In this document: positions 61,490 through 64,000 of the stretch, piece by piece | Numbering within the stretch: position 1 is the stretch's first letter | How the letters are laid out: each line of letters opens with the position of its first letter | Assembly (NCBI RefSeq): GCF_964355755.1 | Contig: NC_092675.1 | Location: forward strand, 27,810,912-27,874,911 | Direction of reading: 5' to 3' | Source: Antedon mediterranea | Lineage: Eukaryota; Animalia; Echinodermata | Length of the DNA stretch: 64,000 bases | Translations under genes and position numbers: made by a program | The notes under the pieces: generated by a model | What the model saw: the letters and a program-made list of their open reading frames with translations, nothing else | Told to the model about the DNA's origin: nothing | Databases searched by the model: none

Positions 61490-61699
61490 AAAATGAAAGA
61501 TCGCGTAGAGGGGCTTCGTCGTGGTCCAATGCACGCCCCGAGTACACCCACAAGTATTAGTAGTCGCAGCTCAATACGAAGCAGTATCTCAAGCACTGGC
61601 AGCTACTCGGACTTAATCGCAAATAATGATAATTTTGATTTAGAATATAACGGAGGAGGAATGGATTCAGATGATGAAGAGACGAGTGAATCTTCTGGG
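61490..61699 (+). CDS. RAPGEF2: RAPGEF2 Ser-rich/acidic exon KMKDRVEGLRRG...GMDSDDEETSESSG
   Basis: Acceptor tctttgcag; 210 nt, phase 0-0; SISSTGSYSDL and MDSDDEE parallel recalled SITSDSGSSSLSDI and VDSEDDD; donor GGG|GTAAGC. Confidence 0.85.
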
Positions 61700-61895
61700 G
61701 TAAGCCATAAATTGAAACTGTTATTATAACACACCTGAGTACTGTATATGTAATTATCTGATTGGTTAATTCATATCATGTGCCGTTCAATATTAATGGT
61801 TCTATTGCACATTTAACTTTTTCAAACATTTTGAGAATTGTGTGCCACGTGAAGCTGGTGATATTTGGACGTTTAAAAACCCACTTAGCTTGTTG

Positions 61896-61991
61896 AATAG
61901 AATGGTCAATCAATAGAGTGGTCAATCAATAGAGTGGTCAATCAATAGAGTGGTCAATCAATAGAGTGGTCAATCAATAGAGTGGTCAATC
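61896..61991. repeat. 16-bp minisatellite (AATAGAGTGGTCAATC) x6
   Basis: Read directly. Confidence 0.95.
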
Positions 61992-62014
61992 TTTTTGTAA
62001 ATTTCTCTTTACAG

Positions 62015-62087
62015 TCTATACTTGTGAGAGATATTGTACGAGATTGCTTAGAGAAAGAACCAAGTGAACGAACGGAAGATGAAATAG
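62015..62087 (+). CDS. RAPGEF2: RAPGEF2 exon SILVRDIVRDCLEKEPSERTEDEI; gene continues beyond the window
   Basis: RDIVRDCLEKxPxxRTxDxI is the conserved RAPGEF2/6 motif; canonical splice sites. Confidence 0.95.
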
Positions 62088-62651
62088 GTAACTAATAATG
62101 CATTTTTACTATAATAATGATTTAATTTTTTTTTTAAAGACAACATTACTATAACTGTCAAGTTACCCATGAAGTGAAATGCCTAGATTTCACTGTGTCA
62201 GTCTTTGCTCAGAATTCTTCCTTATCTGCCTGGAGTATCAATATTATTTTGTCCAGAAAAGAATCACACTTTTAATAAGTAATTTTCAGTTAGACCACTA
62301 AATACATTTCATTGAATAAATACCTTTAAACTTGTTTACATATAAATTCTGATATACTGTATGATGATGCGCCACAACATTGTTAGACAATGTAAAAGCT
62401 GGATAGAAACTAATAAACAATTCATATCAATTTAATTTCTCAAGGATAGCATATTGATCTGTAGAATTAGGTGAAGGTTGAAGCATTTGTAGTTTGTCAG
62501 TGCATGGTACCTGAAGCGCTTAATCCCATTTACAAAAATCCCTTAGGAAAAACATAGAAAAGCCTATGGCTTGTAGCATTAGATATACACAAATATATTG
62601 ATCTGTCAATTACAAACATTTACAAGCTTCTATTAAATAGATACCGTCCTT

Positions 62652-62952
62652 TGGGACATCCATATTGAGGGGGACACCCATATTGAAAGGGATACTCATA
62701 TTGAGGGGACACCCATATTGAGTGGACACCCATATTAAGGAGACACCCTTGAGGGGACACCCATATTGAAAGGACACCCGTATTGAGGGTACACCCATAT
62801 TGAAAGGACACCCATATTGAGAGGATACCCATATTGAGGGGACAAGCATATTGAGGGGACACCCATATTGAGAGGACACCCATATTGAGAGGACACCCAT
62901 ATTGAGGGGACAAGCATTTTGAGGGAACACCCATATTGAGTGAACACCCATG
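62652..62952. repeat. 17-bp minisatellite (CATATTGAGGGGACACC) about x17
   Basis: Read directly; it explains the three overlapping minus-strand ORFs. Confidence 0.95.
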
Positions 62953-64000
62953 ATTGAACGAAGAACAATATATTTAATTTAACACTACAGCCCCTATTCT
63001 TGAGACACGCCTATTACATGAAATATTTGTTTGATCCCGAAGGTGTCTGTCTCCTTAAATAGGGGTTACTGTATTTAGTTATAGGAAAAATGTAATATTG
63101 TTAAGCTTAGAAAGAAGTTTATTTTGAACGAATAACTTAATGATCAGCCAATTTAGCACACCTCAATGGATCTACAGAATGGTTTATTCACTGTCAAATG
63201 AACAAAGCCGTTATTAAAATTAAAGTACAGCATACAATTTTATATTTTACAAAAAAAATTTAATAATTTTGTTCGATCGAAATGAATTTCATAATAAAGG
63301 AGATAGGATGCAATTACTTATTCTTAATTAAAGCATTCCCTAGTGTACGATGCATTGCATGTTATTATCAATAATTAAATAAAAAACATAAATTATGTTA
63401 TGAATGTAATCAATGAATACCACAGAGAGAACACAGAAGAGCGCTTTATTAAAGTAAATTACAGGACTCAGTCTCTACTTTTTCAATCAAAGTGTTACCT
63501 CTAAATGAAAAACCACCTTCAGCAGTCCAGTTTAGTAGCCTGTATTTACTTTAAAAATATTACCTAAATAATACTGTACCTCTACAGAATTTCAATTGTG
63601 TGAACAATATTTTGGCCAGCCCAAAATGCAGTATTGGGCATGTGTTGAAGTGTCCAATTTCCCAACAATTTCATTGACTTCTTATTTGGCAGTAAAAGAC
63701 CACTTTTTAATAAAATAAAAAAAATACATTACATTTTTAAATTGTATCAATTCGATTAAATCACATCTTTTACAGAATCATTTCAAAATAATTACAATAT
63801 AATTCACTGTTCTCAATGCTATAATATTAAATTGAAATTCATGTATGAAAAATAATATAAATGATATTTACATTAAAATGTATTGATAAAACTAACTGAA
63901 ATTTAAATCGTCCCCAAGGAATAAAATGCAAGTAAAATTACAAATATCTTGGCAAAGTGAATTAATTTTTTTTTGTATCTATCAATATTTAAAATTAATG

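Noticed and set aside
62610-62968. Three Cys/Trp-rich minus-strand ORFs
   Set aside because: Translations of the 17-bp minisatellite

Overview
AT-rich eukaryotic (metazoan, probably marine invertebrate deuterostome; inference) genomic DNA with spliced genes. Left part (8.3-20.3 kb): a tandem cluster of three paralogous 4-exon genes that the ORF track misses. I reconstructed them by hand. Each has a signal-peptide exon, one large low-complexity/repeat exon, a transmembrane exon and a conserved cytoplasmic-tail exon. Gene A (246 aa, Tyr-rich 22-aa repeats) and gene C (729 aa, about 17 Pro/Gln-rich 21-aa repeats plus an acidic Tyr-rich block) are intact; gene B between them is frameshifted. I do not recognise this family. 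Right part (22.3 kb to window end): the 5' half of a RAPGEF2/6 (PDZ-GEF) orthologue. Its putative 5'-UTR intron holds an apparently intact sense-strand CR1/L2-group LINE with a 2A-like GDVHSNPGP motif, and its introns contain many non-autonomous DNA transposons (hAT-, Harbinger- and pogo-like) and minisatellites. All exon models come from reading splice signals, phase and paralog/ortholog similarity; no searches or RNA data were available.
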